Source: Lama glama
Lineage: Eukaryota
Assembly: GCA_028534125.1 (NCBI GenBank)
Contig: CM052818.1
Location: 36,024,001-36,088,000 of the forward strand
Direction: 5' to 3'
Length of the DNA: 64,000 nucleotides
Shown: piece by piece, positions 63,683 to 64,000 of the stretch
Layout: each line of letters begins with the position of its first letter
How positions within the stretch are numbered: the first letter of the stretch is position 1
Translations under genes and position numbers: made by a program
Notes under the pieces: generated by a model
Databases searched by the model: none
The model's input: only the letters and a program-made list of their open reading frames with translations
What the model was told of the DNA's origin: nothing

Positions 63683-64000
63683 CGGACATAAATCTTAGCA
63701 ATGTTCTCCTATGGCAGTCTACCCAGGCAATAGAAATAAAAGCAAAAATAAACAAATGGGACCTAATTAAACTTACAAGCTTTTGCACAGCAAAGGAAAC
63801 CATAAGCAATACAAAACAACAACCTACAGAAAGGGAGAATATATTTGCAAATGATGCAACTGACAAAGGTTTTATTTCCAGAGTATATAAACAACTCATA
63901 TAACTTAATAACAAAAAAATAAACAACACAATCCAAAAATGGGCAGAAGACCTAAACAAACAGTTCTCCAATGTAGATATACAAATGGCCAACAAGCACA
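63683..64000 (+). mobile_element. Young L1 ORF2 fragment, 5'-truncated, runs off the window
   Basis: Translates [76 protein letters not shown]; in-frame TAA at 63901-63903. Confidence 0.95.

Noticed and set aside
63525..63995. 156-aa hydrophobic minus-strand ORF
   Set aside because: Antisense reading of L1 ORF2, a common artefact.

Overview
Mammalian, repeat-rich genomic DNA, most likely camelid (camel/alpaca). The evidence is two tRNA-derived vic-1-type SINEs, cetartiodactyl-type L1 3' ends and a Tigger1-derived MITE. About 1-47.7 kb is intergenic-looking DNA built from old L1/HAL1, MIR, MLT/ERVL/ERV1 LTRs and DNA-transposon fossils, with a 500-N gap at 5952-6451. A CpG island at about 47.8-49.0 kb carries a TATA-less promoter and a probable non-coding first exon of a + strand gene (donor CAG|GTGGGT at 48454/48455). 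The rest of the window looks like that gene's long first intron. I cannot name the gene, and no functional protein-coding exon is supportable: the recognisable ORFs are L1 ORF1/ORF2 and Tigger transposase remnants. I see no new multi-gene system. The most unusual item is a ~150-bp element at 30313-30460. It matches the R region (TSS to polyA) of a MER41-like LTR present at 62850-63484, but it inserted with L1-type hallmarks, i.e. a candidate LTR-derived SINE-like retrocopy. Other notable items are an exact 31-bp templated copy (52179 and 54024), a strong CTCF motif (14247), a YY1/Kozak uORF and a 42-nt candidate 5'UTR cassette exon. Repeat family names come from my recall of consensus sequences, not from a database search, and boundaries of old repeats are approximate.
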